45,431 bases of DNA from an uncultured Gammaproteobacteria bacterium (GCA_964609365.1 CAZSRC010000002.1:1-45431), one strand, 5' to 3'; shown: positions 34,769-44,776, numbered from the stretch's first letter. Notes: generated by a model from the sequence alone, not told the origin. Made by a program: numbers and translations.

Positions 34769-35512
34769 ATGAACCAAATTGAACAACATAAAAAAAACTG
34801 GGAAAAGCTGGGAGAGATGGATCCTCTTTGGGCGGTTTTGTCTGACAACTCCAAGAGATTTAATAATTGGGACTTAGAAGAATTTTTAAAAACTGGAGAA
34901 AAAGAAGTGGAAAATATTTTTTCGGAATTAAGAAATCTTAATATCGCTCCAGTAAAAAACGAGATGCTAGATTTTGGTTGTGGGGTAGGGCGCCTAGCTC
35001 GTCATTTTTTAAAATATTTTTCCAAATATAATGGCACCGATATTTCTCGTCCAATGATAGAAAAAGCCAGAAAAATAAATAATGGATTACAAGCTGAGTT
35101 TTTTATTAATGAGGCTGACTTAAAAATTTTTTCTGATAATAAATTTGATTTTGTTTATTCAGGCATTGTTTTACAGCATCTACCTAGCAGGGAATTAATA
35201 AAAAAATATATTATAGAATTTAAGCGAATTTTGAAAAATGAGGGGATTTTGGTTTTTCAATTACCGAGCAAGATTCCCTGGACCTTTCGTTTTCAACCAG
35301 TAAGGCGTCTATATAATTTTTTAAAGTTAATTGGATTTTCAGAAAAATTTTTATATCAAAAAATAGGGCTTTACCCTATTAAAATGAGTTTTATTTCCGA
35401 GATAGATATGAATAAATTTTTGAGAGATAATGGTTTTGAGGTTTTAGCAATAAAAGAAGATACTTATTGTGGGCCTCATGTCCAAAGTCGGACTTATTAT
35501 TGTAAAAAATAA
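34769..35512 (+). CDS. Class I SAM-dependent methyltransferase
   Basis: Motif I LDFGCGVGRLARH and post-I/II spacing (FDFVYSGIVLQHL). The substrate is unknown. Confidence 0.75.
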   Translation: MNQIEQHKKNWEKLGEMDPLWAVLSDNSKRFNNWDLEEFLKTGEKEVENIFSELRNLNIAPVKNEMLDFGCGVGRLARHFLKYFSKYNGTDISRPMIEKARKINNGLQAEFFINEADLKIFSDNKFDFVYSGIVLQHLPSRELIKKYIIEFKRILKNEGILVFQLPSKIPWTFRFQPVRRLYNFLKLIGFSEKFLYQKIGLYPIKMSFISEIDMNKFLRDNGFEVLAIKEDTYCGPHVQSRTYYCKK

Positions 35513-35520
35513 TTTTAATT

Positions 35521-35838
35521 TTATTTTAAACTAATTTTTCTGCTCAGCTCCGTAATATCTTTTTCCATCTTTACCATTCTTAATCTCATTCTAAATATTA
35601 AATAAAACAATAGTAATACTGCTACATAGAAAACTAAATTTATACCTGATGATGAAAATCCTAAGTTCATAACCAATTTATCAATTGGTTTAATAAAGGC
35701 AATTACTAAAACTCCAACTACCCAAAAAAATAACCAAAAAATAAATTCATTAATAGTAATGGATTTTTTTTTCCATTCTCGACCCAATTTAAAAATAAAA
35801 AAAACTAAAATTAAAATAGCAATTATTTGTTGTATCAT
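35521..35838 (-). CDS. DUF2304-like small membrane protein (partner of the GT2)
   Basis: 105 aa with hydrophobic helices and a charged C-terminal helix (RMRLRMVKMEKDITELSRK). It lies immediately downstream of a GT2, the usual DUF2304 context as I remember it. Confidence 0.6.
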   Translation of the reverse strand: MIQQIIAILILVFFIFKLGREWKKKSITINEFIFWLFFWVVGVLVIAFIKPIDKLVMNLGFSSSGINLVFYVAVLLLFYLIFRMRLRMVKMEKDITELSRKISLK

Positions 35839-35855
35839 ATTTTTATAATTATTTA

Positions 35856-36527
35856 TTATCCGCTAATTTTTTTAAAAAATAAATCTTTAATTATTTTAAT
35901 TCCACCAGAAAATTTTTGCCCAAATTCTTCATATAAAACAGTTATGGGAACCTCTTTAATTATTAGTTTTTTTTTATGAGCCTTGGCCAATATTTCAGTA
36001 CAATGAGCCATTCTATTATTTTCTATTTTAATTATCTCAGCTATATTTTTTTTCATAGCTCTAAATCCGCTCTGGGGATCACTAGTTTTTATTCCAAAAA
36101 ATACAAAATTAAATATTTTGGCTATGGGCATAATAATATTTTTTTTAAAAGCTGGAATTTCCGATTTTATTTCCAAAAATCTTGATCCAAAAACTATATC
36201 CGCATTATTATTTTTAATATCCTCGACCACTCTAGGTATATCTTCTGATAAAAACTGACCATCAGCATCAAAATGAACTATAATATCTGCGCCATTTTTT
36301 AATGCATACTCATTTCCCGTTTGCAATGCAGCTCCCTGGCCTAGATTTATGGGATGTTTTATTAATTTTATTTTTTCATTTTTTATACTTAAAACCTCTG
36401 ATATTGTTCCATCTTGAGAGCAATCATCGACTACTACAAAAAAATCACTATAATCCAAAGCATTTAAAAGAGTTTTTTTGATATTTTTCTCCTCATTATA
36501 GGCAGGTATAATACAAAATATTTTCAT
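35856..36527 (-). CDS. Glycosyltransferase family 2 (polyprenol-phosphate glycosyltransferase-like)
   Basis: IIPAYNEEKNI, VVDDCSQDGT and HFDADGQ (DxD) motifs. 223 aa. Confidence 0.85.
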   Translation of the reverse strand: MKIFCIIPAYNEEKNIKKTLLNALDYSDFFVVVDDCSQDGTISEVLSIKNEKIKLIKHPINLGQGAALQTGNEYALKNGADIIVHFDADGQFLSEDIPRVVEDIKNNNADIVFGSRFLEIKSEIPAFKKNIIMPIAKIFNFVFFGIKTSDPQSGFRAMKKNIAEIIKIENNRMAHCTEILAKAHKKKLIIKEVPITVLYEEFGQKFSGGIKIIKDLFFKKISG

Positions 36528-36599
36528 AATTTTTTATTTCATTAGAATAATAACATATTTTATATTATATTTAAATATGCTAAAATAAAAACAATAAAC

Positions 36600-36629
36600 T
36601 TGAGTTGTTTAATTAATTTTTAATATAAT
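36600..36629 (+). promoter_or_regulatory. Near-consensus promoter in front of the dcw-like block
   Basis: TTGAGT (36600-36605), 18 nt, TATAAT (36624-36629). The hexamer ends 8 nt before ATG 36638, which implies a leaderless or near-leaderless transcript. Confidence 0.45.
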
Positions 36630-36637
36630 TAAATAAA

Positions 36638-37051
36638 ATGAATTTTTTAATAAAATTATACGATCAATTTTCTATATTTATTAATAGGGCTAAATCATCT
36701 TTTTTAGATTTGTATTCTTTAACTTTTGTAAGAATTTTTTCAGCTATATCCATCCTAATTAATTTATTCCTTTGGTATTTTACTTGGTATATATATAAAA
36801 ATATTAGCCAAGATATAGCAGTTCTTCATTATAATGTTGAATTTGGTATAGATCAGGTTGGTAATAAAAGTTATTTTTTTATAATTCCATTATTAAGCTT
36901 ATTTTTTATTTTAATAAACAATATAGCGTTTTTAATATTATTTAAAAAGGAAGATTTTAAATTTTTAGCATATTTTTTATTATCATTTCTTTTATTTTTT
37001 AATATACTTTTATCCTTTTTTTTGGTTTCTATTTATTTAATTAATTTTTAA
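36638..37051 (+). CDS. Hypothetical small polytopic membrane protein, first gene of the dcw-like block
   Basis: 137 aa with 3-4 hydrophobic helices. It ends 7 nt before mraY. I recognise no motif. Confidence 0.5.
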   Translation: MNFLIKLYDQFSIFINRAKSSFLDLYSLTFVRIFSAISILINLFLWYFTWYIYKNISQDIAVLHYNVEFGIDQVGNKSYFFIIPLLSLFFILINNIAFLILFKKEDFKFLAYFLLSFLLFFNILLSFFLVSIYLINF

Positions 37052-37058
37052 AAATTAT

Positions 37059-38108
37059 ATGGATTTTCAAGTAATAAGAATTTTATTTTTATCAATATTA
37101 GCTTTTGTTTTTACTATTTTATGGACACCACTGCTAACTAATTATTTATATAAATACAAGCTAGGAAAAACTATTAGAAATTCAGGGAACACTCCTATAT
37201 TTTCTAAATTACATGCACATAAAGAGGGAACTCCAACTATGGGGGGTGTTTTAATTTGGGGGACATTATTTATTTTTATAATATTTTTTTACTATTTAAA
37301 TGTTTTTTTTCCTAGTAACTTCAGTTCTTCTTTGAATTTTTTATCACAGAAGGAAACCTTGCTTCCACTAGGAGCTTTAATGGCGGCAGCATTAATAGGC
37401 CTAGTCGATGATTTTATGGATATCAGAAGTAGAAAGAACTCATCTTCTGGTGGTTTAAAAATGAGACATCGTTTATTGATTTATACTATTATAGCTATTA
37501 TTGGTGCTTTATGGTTTTACTTTAAATTAGATTGGACTACTATTCATGTGCCTTTTTTAGGATATTTTGAAATTTCTTGGTGGTATATTCCAGTTTTTAT
37601 TTTTGTAATTGTTGCTACTTCTTTTTCTGTTAATGAAACCGATGGATTGGATGGTCTAGCCGGAGGAACCTTATTAGTCGCTTTTGCTTCTTACGGAATA
37701 ATAGCTTTTTACATGGGAAGATATGACCTAGCTACATTTTGTGCTGTAATATTGGGAGCATTATTAGCATTTTTATGGTTTAATATTCCACCTGCTCGTT
37801 TTTATATGGGCGATACCGGTTCTATGAGCTTGGGTGTTAGCTTGGGAGTTATAGCCCTTTTAACTAATAATGTTTTAATTCTGCCCTTTATTGGTTTTAT
37901 TTTCTTAATTGAATCTTTATCTGTTATTATTCAGATTTTATCTAGAAAAATAAGGGGTAAAAAAGTTTTTTTATCAGCACCAATACATCATCACTTTCAG
38001 GCTAAAAATTGGCCAGAATCAAAAGTTGTAATGCGCTTCTGGTTAATTTCCGGAGTTATGGCAGCGATTGGTTTAATGATATTTTTTGTTGATAAAACTT
38101 TTAATTAA
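37059..38108 (+). CDS. mraY: Phospho-N-acetylmuramoyl-pentapeptide transferase
   Basis: KEGTPTMGG, NETDGLDGLA, MGDTGS and APIHHHF motifs. Confidence 0.93.
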   Translation: MDFQVIRILFLSILAFVFTILWTPLLTNYLYKYKLGKTIRNSGNTPIFSKLHAHKEGTPTMGGVLIWGTLFIFIIFFYYLNVFFPSNFSSSLNFLSQKETLLPLGALMAAALIGLVDDFMDIRSRKNSSSGGLKMRHRLLIYTIIAIIGALWFYFKLDWTTIHVPFLGYFEISWWYIPVFIFVIVATSFSVNETDGLDGLAGGTLLVAFASYGIIAFYMGRYDLATFCAVILGALLAFLWFNIPPARFYMGDTGSMSLGVSLGVIALLTNNVLILPFIGFIFLIESLSVIIQILSRKIRGKKVFLSAPIHHHFQAKNWPESKVVMRFWLISGVMAAIGLMIFFVDKTFN

Positions 38109-38114
38109 TTTAAA

Positions 38115-39371
38115 ATGTTTAAAAGAGAGGAAAAACAAAGATCATTTAATTCTGCCCATTTACAAAAAAATGGCTCAGTTAAAAGTGATTATAGTGAAAA
38201 GGTTTTAGGCAAAAAAATAAGTTTTTTTAGTTCTGGTCGCCTTGATAAATATCTTGCTTCAGTTATAGTTTTTTTATTAATGTTTGGCTTGGTTGTTTTG
38301 TTTAGCGCTTCATTGGTTAGCGCTCACTCTAGCAGAGGTGATGCTTATTATTATATAAAAAAACAATTATTGGCACTTTTTTTAGGACTAATTCTTTTTT
38401 TTGTTTTAAGTAAAATTAATTACCATATTTTTAAAAAATGGTCTTTTTTATTCTTAGCTCTTTCTATTCTATCTTTGATATTAGTATTTATTCCCGGAAT
38501 TAGATCAGATTTTGGAACGTCTTATAGTTGGATAGTTATTTTTGGTTATTCATTTCAGGTTGCCGAAGCTGTAAAGTTATTTTTAATATTTTATTTAGCA
38601 GCATGGGTAGAGAGCAGGCAAGATGATTTAAAAAAATTTTCTACAGGATTATTGCCATTTTTAATAGTAATTTCTTTTATTGGAGTTTTACTGCTAGCTC
38701 AACCCGATATGGGAACCTTTATTTTAGTTTTTGTAATCGCTCTATCTATATACTTTGTGGCTGAGGGGAATATGAAGCAGTTGATTATAATGTTTTTAAT
38801 TTTTGTTATTGGTTTTTTGTATTTTTTTTCCAAGCTAGAAAATTCAGAGTCAAACTCATCCTTACTCAGAAGTTATCAATTAAATAGAATAAAATGCCTT
38901 CAAGATCCAAGCTTTGATAAGGATAGCTGTTATCAAATTAATCAATCTTTAATTGCTGTTGGCTCTGGTGGTTTATTTGGTAGGGGGCTGGGAAATAGCA
39001 GGCAAAAGTTTAATTACTTGCCGGAGGTTTGGTCTGACTCAATATTCCCAGTAATAGCTGAGGAAATTGGCTTTATCGGATCATCGCTAATAATATTGGT
39101 ATACCTTTTTATTTTTATAAAAGGTATGATTATAGCCAGGAGAGCCCCTGATATGTATGGAAGGTCTTTGGCGGTAGGTATTTCTTCTTGGATATTTTTT
39201 CAAGCATTCTTAAATATTGGTGGAATGATAAATATTATTCCAATGACTGGAGTTCCCTTACCATTTGTTAGTGCTGGTGGCACCTCATTAATGATTTTGC
39301 TAGCATCTTGTGGAGTATTATTAAATATTTCTAGACAAGGGGTTATAAATAAAAAAATAAATGAAAAATAA
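38115..39371 (+). CDS. ftsW: SEDS-family peptidoglycan glycosyltransferase (FtsW/RodA)
   Basis: QPDMGT, DSIFPVIAEEIGFIG and TGVPLPFVSAGGTS motifs. It sits between mraY and murG. Confidence 0.88.
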   Translation: MFKREEKQRSFNSAHLQKNGSVKSDYSEKVLGKKISFFSSGRLDKYLASVIVFLLMFGLVVLFSASLVSAHSSRGDAYYYIKKQLLALFLGLILFFVLSKINYHIFKKWSFLFLALSILSLILVFIPGIRSDFGTSYSWIVIFGYSFQVAEAVKLFLIFYLAAWVESRQDDLKKFSTGLLPFLIVISFIGVLLLAQPDMGTFILVFVIALSIYFVAEGNMKQLIIMFLIFVIGFLYFFSKLENSESNSSLLRSYQLNRIKCLQDPSFDKDSCYQINQSLIAVGSGGLFGRGLGNSRQKFNYLPEVWSDSIFPVIAEEIGFIGSSLIILVYLFIFIKGMIIARRAPDMYGRSLAVGISSWIFFQAFLNIGGMINIIPMTGVPLPFVSAGGTSLMILLASCGVLLNISRQGVINKKINEK

Positions 39372-40434
39372 TATAAAAAAGAAAATAATTCTTAGTGGTG
39401 GTGGAACTGGTGGCTCAGTTACACCTTTGTTATATATTTATAAAGATCTCAAAAATGAGTTCGATTTTTTATTTGTTGGGACCTATAAGGGAATAGAAAA
39501 ATCTTTAGTATCTAAAGAGGGCATTGCTTTTAAAGCTATTTTAAGTGGAAAATGGCGTCGCTACTTTTCTTTTCATAATTTTTTAGATTTATTTATAATA
39601 TTTTTGGCTTTTTGGCAGTCTCTTTTTTTGATAATAAAAGAGAGACCAAGTCTAGTAATTAGTGCTGGCGGATTTGTGGCAGTTCCATTATCTTTTGCTG
39701 CTTATTTTCTTAAGGTTCCTATTATAATTCATCAACAAGATATCGTCCCTGGTTTAGCTAATAAATTAATGTCTATAGTATCCACCAAGCTTACAGTTAG
39801 TTTTTCCTCTTCTTTGGAGAAATATGGAAAAAAAGCAATATTAATAGGAAACTTAGGTCCGGATTTAAGAGAGGATTCGATTAATGTAGAAAATATTTAC
39901 ATTAAATATGGTATTAAAAAAAATTTTCCAATATTGCTTTGCTTGGGTGGTGGAACCGGGTCTTTATTCTTAAATAAAATCATAAATGAATCGGCGTCTA
40001 GCCTAGTTGATAAATTTTTTATTATTCATATTAGTGGTAGTCAAAGTAGAGATCTTCCTAATATTTTTAATCATAATAATTATTTAAAATTAGAATTTAT
40101 TGATCATAAAGACTTGATTAATTTATTTATAATTTCTAATATTGTTGTTTCTCGTTGTGGTTTAGCAACCCTAACAGAGCTTTCATTTTTATCTAAGCCA
40201 TCTATATTAATACCTATGCCAAATTCTCACCAAGAATTTAATGCCCTAGAGTTTAAAAAAAATAACGCGGCTATTATTTTAAATCAAGAAAATTTAAATT
40301 CAGAAAAATTTATTAATGAGGTTATAAATTTATTTTCTAATAAGTCATTATTGGAGACCCTTTCCAAGAATATAAAAAATGTTATCAAAAGAGCCAATGA
40401 TGATATGCTTAAAATAATAAAAGATTTAATTTAA
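39361..40434 (+). CDS. murG: UDP-GlcNAc:undecaprenyl-PP-MurNAc-pentapeptide GlcNAc transferase
   Basis: N-terminal LSGGGTGGSVTPLL, C-terminal GGGTGS...SRCGLATLTELS. Overlaps the ftsW end by 11 nt. Confidence 0.85.
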   Translation: MKNNIKKKIILSGGGTGGSVTPLLYIYKDLKNEFDFLFVGTYKGIEKSLVSKEGIAFKAILSGKWRRYFSFHNFLDLFIIFLAFWQSLFLIIKERPSLVISAGGFVAVPLSFAAYFLKVPIIIHQQDIVPGLANKLMSIVSTKLTVSFSSSLEKYGKKAILIGNLGPDLREDSINVENIYIKYGIKKNFPILLCLGGGTGSLFLNKIINESASSLVDKFFIIHISGSQSRDLPNIFNHNNYLKLEFIDHKDLINLFIISNIVVSRCGLATLTELSFLSKPSILIPMPNSHQEFNALEFKKNNAAIILNQENLNSEKFINEVINLFSNKSLLETLSKNIKNVIKRANDDMLKIIKDLI

Positions 40435-40438
40435 ATTT

Positions 40439-41866
40439 ATGAGTTTAAATGATATAAAATTTTTTAAAAATATTTACATGGTTGGAATAAAGGGTGTCGG
40501 AATGTCAATGTTGGCCCAGTTTTTAAAAGAAAAAGGTTTTGTTATTAGTGGCTCAGATATTGCCGATAGTTTTCAAAGTGAAAAAACTTTAAAAAAATCA
40601 AAAATAAAATATAAACAAGGATTTTCATTATCCAAATTTCCTGAAAAAATTGACCTAGTGATATATTCATCTGCTTATAGGGTAGATGAAAATATTGAAT
40701 TGAAATATTTTAAAAGTAATAATTTTAAGCTTTTGACTTACGCTGAAGCCTTGGGGTTATTATTTGAAGATTATTTTGGTATTTCTGTTTGTGGTAGTCA
40801 TGGAAAAACAACAGTTAGTTCTTTCTTGGCTTATGTTTTAAAAAAAAGCAAATCAGAGCCTAATGCTCTAATTGGTTCTTATGTTAAGCAGTTAGGGGGC
40901 AGTTCATTGAGTGGTTCCTCAAAGAATTTTATAGTTGAGTCCGATGAATATCAAAATAAATTAAAATATTTTAAGCCCAAGGCTATAGTTTTAAATAATA
41001 TTGATTTTGATCATCCAGATTACTTTAAAAGTGAGAAAGACTATATACAAGTTTTTATTGATTTCATTAAAAAAATACCAAAATCAGGTTTTATAGTGAG
41101 TAATATGGAGGATAAAAAATCTTCTCAAATATTAGATAAGTGTCCAGCTAGAGTTATTGCTTATTATATAGACAAACCTTTTATAAATAAAAAAGTTATT
41201 TATAAAAAAATTTATCAAGCTAGAAATTGTCGAATTTCTGGAAATAAACAAGTATTTGATCTTTTTTGTAATGATATAGACTTAGGTGTTTTTGAAATTA
41301 TTTTACCTGGTAGGCATAATATTATGAACTCTTTAGCAGTTATTTGTTCTTTTTTGGAGTTAGGTTTGTCAATAGAAGATCTTAGAAAAAATCTAAAAAC
41401 ATTTATTGGTGCGGCCAGAAGGTTTGAGATTTTAGGTGAATACAAAGGTGCTGTTATTATTGATGATTATGCCCATCATCCTAGCGAGGTTAAAGCTGCG
41501 TTGGATGCTGTTAGGCAAAGATACCCCAAAAGGAAAATTGTTACAATTTTTCATCCACATACATTTAGCAGAACTAAGGCCCTCTTAGATGATTTTGCAA
41601 AAAGCTTTACTATCTCTGATGATCTATATTTAATAGAGATATATTCATCAGCTAGAGAAAAAAAAGATGATATCTCCAGTCTTGATTTAATTGAAAAAAT
41701 TAGGCAATATAACCTTAATATTTCTAGAAAACAAAATATTAAATATTTTAAAGATTTGGTATCAGCAGAAAAATTTTTAAATAAAAAAATTTCTAAAAAT
41801 GATGTTATTCTTTTTTTAGGTGCTGGTGATGTTTTTAGGATAGCTTATAAATGGTTAAAATTATGA
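40439..41866 (+). CDS. murC: UDP-N-acetylmuramate--L-alanine ligase
   Basis: GIKGVGMSMLA, the P-loop GSHGKTT, DDYAHHP. 475 aa. Confidence 0.9.
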   Translation: MSLNDIKFFKNIYMVGIKGVGMSMLAQFLKEKGFVISGSDIADSFQSEKTLKKSKIKYKQGFSLSKFPEKIDLVIYSSAYRVDENIELKYFKSNNFKLLTYAEALGLLFEDYFGISVCGSHGKTTVSSFLAYVLKKSKSEPNALIGSYVKQLGGSSLSGSSKNFIVESDEYQNKLKYFKPKAIVLNNIDFDHPDYFKSEKDYIQVFIDFIKKIPKSGFIVSNMEDKKSSQILDKCPARVIAYYIDKPFINKKVIYKKIYQARNCRISGNKQVFDLFCNDIDLGVFEIILPGRHNIMNSLAVICSFLELGLSIEDLRKNLKTFIGAARRFEILGEYKGAVIIDDYAHHPSEVKAALDAVRQRYPKRKIVTIFHPHTFSRTKALLDDFAKSFTISDDLYLIEIYSSAREKKDDISSLDLIEKIRQYNLNISRKQNIKYFKDLVSAEKFLNKKISKNDVILFLGAGDVFRIAYKWLKL

Positions 41867-42885
41867 GTATTAAAATTCAAAAAAATATTAAACTTTCTGA
41901 TTATTGTACATTTAAAATTGGTGGAATGGCAGAGTTTTTTGTTATTATAAAAACCAAGGAGGATTTAATTTTTGCAATTAATTGGGCAAAAAAAAATCAA
42001 AAAAATATTTTTATTCTAGGTTCTGGCTCTAATGTTTTATTTTCTGATCAAAAATTTTCCGGCTTAGTAATAAAAAATGAAATTAAGGGAATGGAAATTA
42101 CCTCAGAAAATGAACAAGAGCTTATTATTAGATCTGCTAGTGGTGAATCTTGGTCAAGATTAGTTTATTTTTCAATTGAAAAAAGTTTATACGGGATGGA
42201 GAATACTTTTTATATTCCTGGAACAGTTGGCGCCGCTCCAGTACAAAATATTGGTGCATATGGAGTTGAGTTAAAAGATTTTTTTTATAATTTATCAGCT
42301 ATTAATTTAGAAACTGGACAAGAAGAGTATTTTAATTTAAGGGATTGTCAATTTGCTTATCGAGATAGTATTTTTAAACAGGCCCTAAAAGGAAAATATT
42401 TTATTCTTTGGGTGGAGGTAAAATTAAAAAGAAATGGAGAATTAAAACTAGATTATCCCGATATTCAAAAAGCTTTAAGTGAAAAAAACTTAACCAAGCC
42501 AACTTTAAAAGAATTAACTGAAATTATTAGGGAGATTAGAGACCAAAAATTACCTAACCCAGCTATCTTGCCAAACGCCGGATCATTTTTTAAAAATCCT
42601 ATTATCAATTCAGATCTATTTGTAGAATTAAAAGATAAATATTTAGATTTAAAATATTTTATAAACAATGATCAAATAAAAATACCAGCAGCTTGGTTAA
42701 TTGAAAAATGTGGATTTAAGGGAAGGAGATTTTCTTCTGTTGGTGTTTATGATAAACAGGCTTTGATTATTGTAAATCATGGAGGGGCTAGCCAACTTGA
42801 TATTCTAGATTTATCTAAAAAGATAAAAATAGAGGTTAAAAATAGATTTAAAATAGACCTAGAAGAAGAGGTAAATATATTATAA
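41863..42885 (+). CDS. murB: UDP-N-acetylenolpyruvoylglucosamine reductase
   Basis: FAD-binding FKIGG...GSGSNVLF and NAGSFFKNP motifs. ATG 41863 forms an ATGA overlap with the murC stop. The ORF-track start at 41851 is an alternative. Confidence 0.88.
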   Translation: MSIKIQKNIKLSDYCTFKIGGMAEFFVIIKTKEDLIFAINWAKKNQKNIFILGSGSNVLFSDQKFSGLVIKNEIKGMEITSENEQELIIRSASGESWSRLVYFSIEKSLYGMENTFYIPGTVGAAPVQNIGAYGVELKDFFYNLSAINLETGQEEYFNLRDCQFAYRDSIFKQALKGKYFILWVEVKLKRNGELKLDYPDIQKALSEKNLTKPTLKELTEIIREIRDQKLPNPAILPNAGSFFKNPIINSDLFVELKDKYLDLKYFINNDQIKIPAAWLIEKCGFKGRRFSSVGVYDKQALIIVNHGGASQLDILDLSKKIKIEVKNRFKIDLEEEVNIL

Positions 42886-42898
42886 TTTTTAAAAATTT

Positions 42899-44776
42899 AT
42901 GAATACTAATGAAATAAGAAAAAAATATTTTGATTTTTTTCAAAAGAAAGGTCACAAACTAATATCATCTGCGTCACTAATTCCAGAAAATGATCCTAGT
43001 TTACTTTTTACTAATTCTGGAATGTCACCACTCGTACCTTATTTATTGGGGGAGATTCATCCGGGTGGACTTAGATTACTTAATAGTCAAAAATGTTTTC
43101 GTAGTGAAGATATAGATGATGTGGGAGATGGAAGGCATAATACTTTTTTTGAAATGTTGGGAAATTGGAGTTTGGGTGATTATTTTAAAGAAGATCAATT
43201 AAATTGGTGGTATGAGTTTTTAATAGAAGAGTTGGGACTTGATATAAATAGAATTTATCAAACTGTTTATGTTGGCGATGGTGAAAAAATTAAAAAGGAC
43301 AATGATTCCATCGATATTATGAAAAAAATTTATAGTAAATATGGAGTAGATGCTTTTGAGGGACCGGAAACAACAAGTAGGGGCGATAGAGGGCCAGGAA
43401 TTAAAATAGATTTTTCCAAACAAAAAATATTTGCTTATCGTGATAAAAATTGGTGGCAAAGAGGTAATACTATAAGAGAGTTGGGTGGTCCTGATAGTGA
43501 AACATTTTATGATACAGAAAGAGAACATGATATTAAGTTTGGACCATATTGTCATGTTAATTGTGATTGCGGAAGATTTGTAGAGATTGGTAATTCCGTT
43601 TTTATGCAATATCAAAAAGGGGTTAACTCATGGGAGGAACTAGAGAATAAAAATGTTGATTTTGGTGGTGGTCTAGAAAGGTTAACAATGGCTACAAATA
43701 AATTAGATAATATTTTCAAAATTGATTCTTTGTATAATGTTATTCTAAAAATAGAAGAGTTATCTGGTAAAAAATATGAAGAAAACAAAAAATATTTTGA
43801 AATAATATCTGATCATATTAAATCATCCACATTCTTACTTGGTGATGATAAAAAGATGAGCCCATCTAATACTGATCAGGGTTATATTATTAGAAGGTTA
43901 ATCAGGAGAGCTCTTAGATCAGCTCGTCAAATAGGTATTAATCAAAATGGTTTTATTCTAGAGGCTTCAAAAATGATTATTGATTTTTATAAAGATGAGT
44001 ATCAAGAATTACAAAGAAATAGAGATTTTATTTTAAAGAGCTTGTCAGAGGAAGAGCAAAAATTTTCTAAAATGATTGAAAGAGGTGAAAAGATTTTAAA
44101 TTCTTTATCTAATTCATCTTCTGAGATCAGCGGGCAAATGGCATTTGATTTATTCCAGTCTCATGGCTATCCATTGGAAATGACAGAAGAGATAATTTCA
44201 GAAAAAAATATAAAAAAAACGGAAAAATTCAAAGAGGAATATTATCAAGAATTTTCTAATCATCAAGAATTATCAAAAACTTCTAGTGCTGGAAAATTCA
44301 AGGGTGGACTAGCTGACCAAAGCGAAGCAACCACTAAACTTCATACAGCTGCTCATTTATTATTAGAATCCCTGAGAAGAGTTCTTGGTGATCACGTCGA
44401 ACAAAGAGGAAGTAATATTACAGCTGAAAGATTGCGTTTTGATTTTTCTCATTCAGAAAAAATGACCGATGATCAAAAGAGTCAGGTAGAAAAAATGGTT
44501 AATGACATTATTTTGACTGGAGCATCTATTAGTTGCGAAGAAATGAGCCTTGATGAAGCTAAAAAAATAGGTGCAACCGGTATTTTTGAATCTAAATATG
44601 GAGAAAGAGTAAAAGTTTATTCTGTTTCTGATTTTTCTAAAGAAATATGTGGCGGCCCACATGTAGAAAATTTAAAAGATTTAGGTATTTTTAAGATACA
44701 AAAAGAAGAGAGTTCTAGCGCTGGGGTTAGAAGAATAAAGGCCGTTTTAATAACTCTTGACAATAGTAACAATTAA
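42899..44776 (+). CDS. alaS: Alanyl-tRNA synthetase, short form lacking the C-Ala domain
   Basis: FFQKKGHKLISSASLIP, NDPSLLFTNSGM and HNTFFEMLGNWSLGDYFK motifs. The editing-domain motifs are HTAAH (aa 482-486) and CGGPH (aa 584-588). The protein ends 37 aa later, at 625 aa. Confidence 0.88.
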   Translation: MNTNEIRKKYFDFFQKKGHKLISSASLIPENDPSLLFTNSGMSPLVPYLLGEIHPGGLRLLNSQKCFRSEDIDDVGDGRHNTFFEMLGNWSLGDYFKEDQLNWWYEFLIEELGLDINRIYQTVYVGDGEKIKKDNDSIDIMKKIYSKYGVDAFEGPETTSRGDRGPGIKIDFSKQKIFAYRDKNWWQRGNTIRELGGPDSETFYDTEREHDIKFGPYCHVNCDCGRFVEIGNSVFMQYQKGVNSWEELENKNVDFGGGLERLTMATNKLDNIFKIDSLYNVILKIEELSGKKYEENKKYFEIISDHIKSSTFLLGDDKKMSPSNTDQGYIIRRLIRRALRSARQIGINQNGFILEASKMIIDFYKDEYQELQRNRDFILKSLSEEEQKFSKMIERGEKILNSLSNSSSEISGQMAFDLFQSHGYPLEMTEEIISEKNIKKTEKFKEEYYQEFSNHQELSKTSSAGKFKGGLADQSEATTKLHTAAHLLLESLRRVLGDHVEQRGSNITAERLRFDFSHSEKMTDDQKSQVEKMVNDIILTGASISCEEMSLDEAKKIGATGIFESKYGERVKVYSVSDFSKEICGGPHVENLKDLGIFKIQKEESSSAGVRRIKAVLITLDNSNN

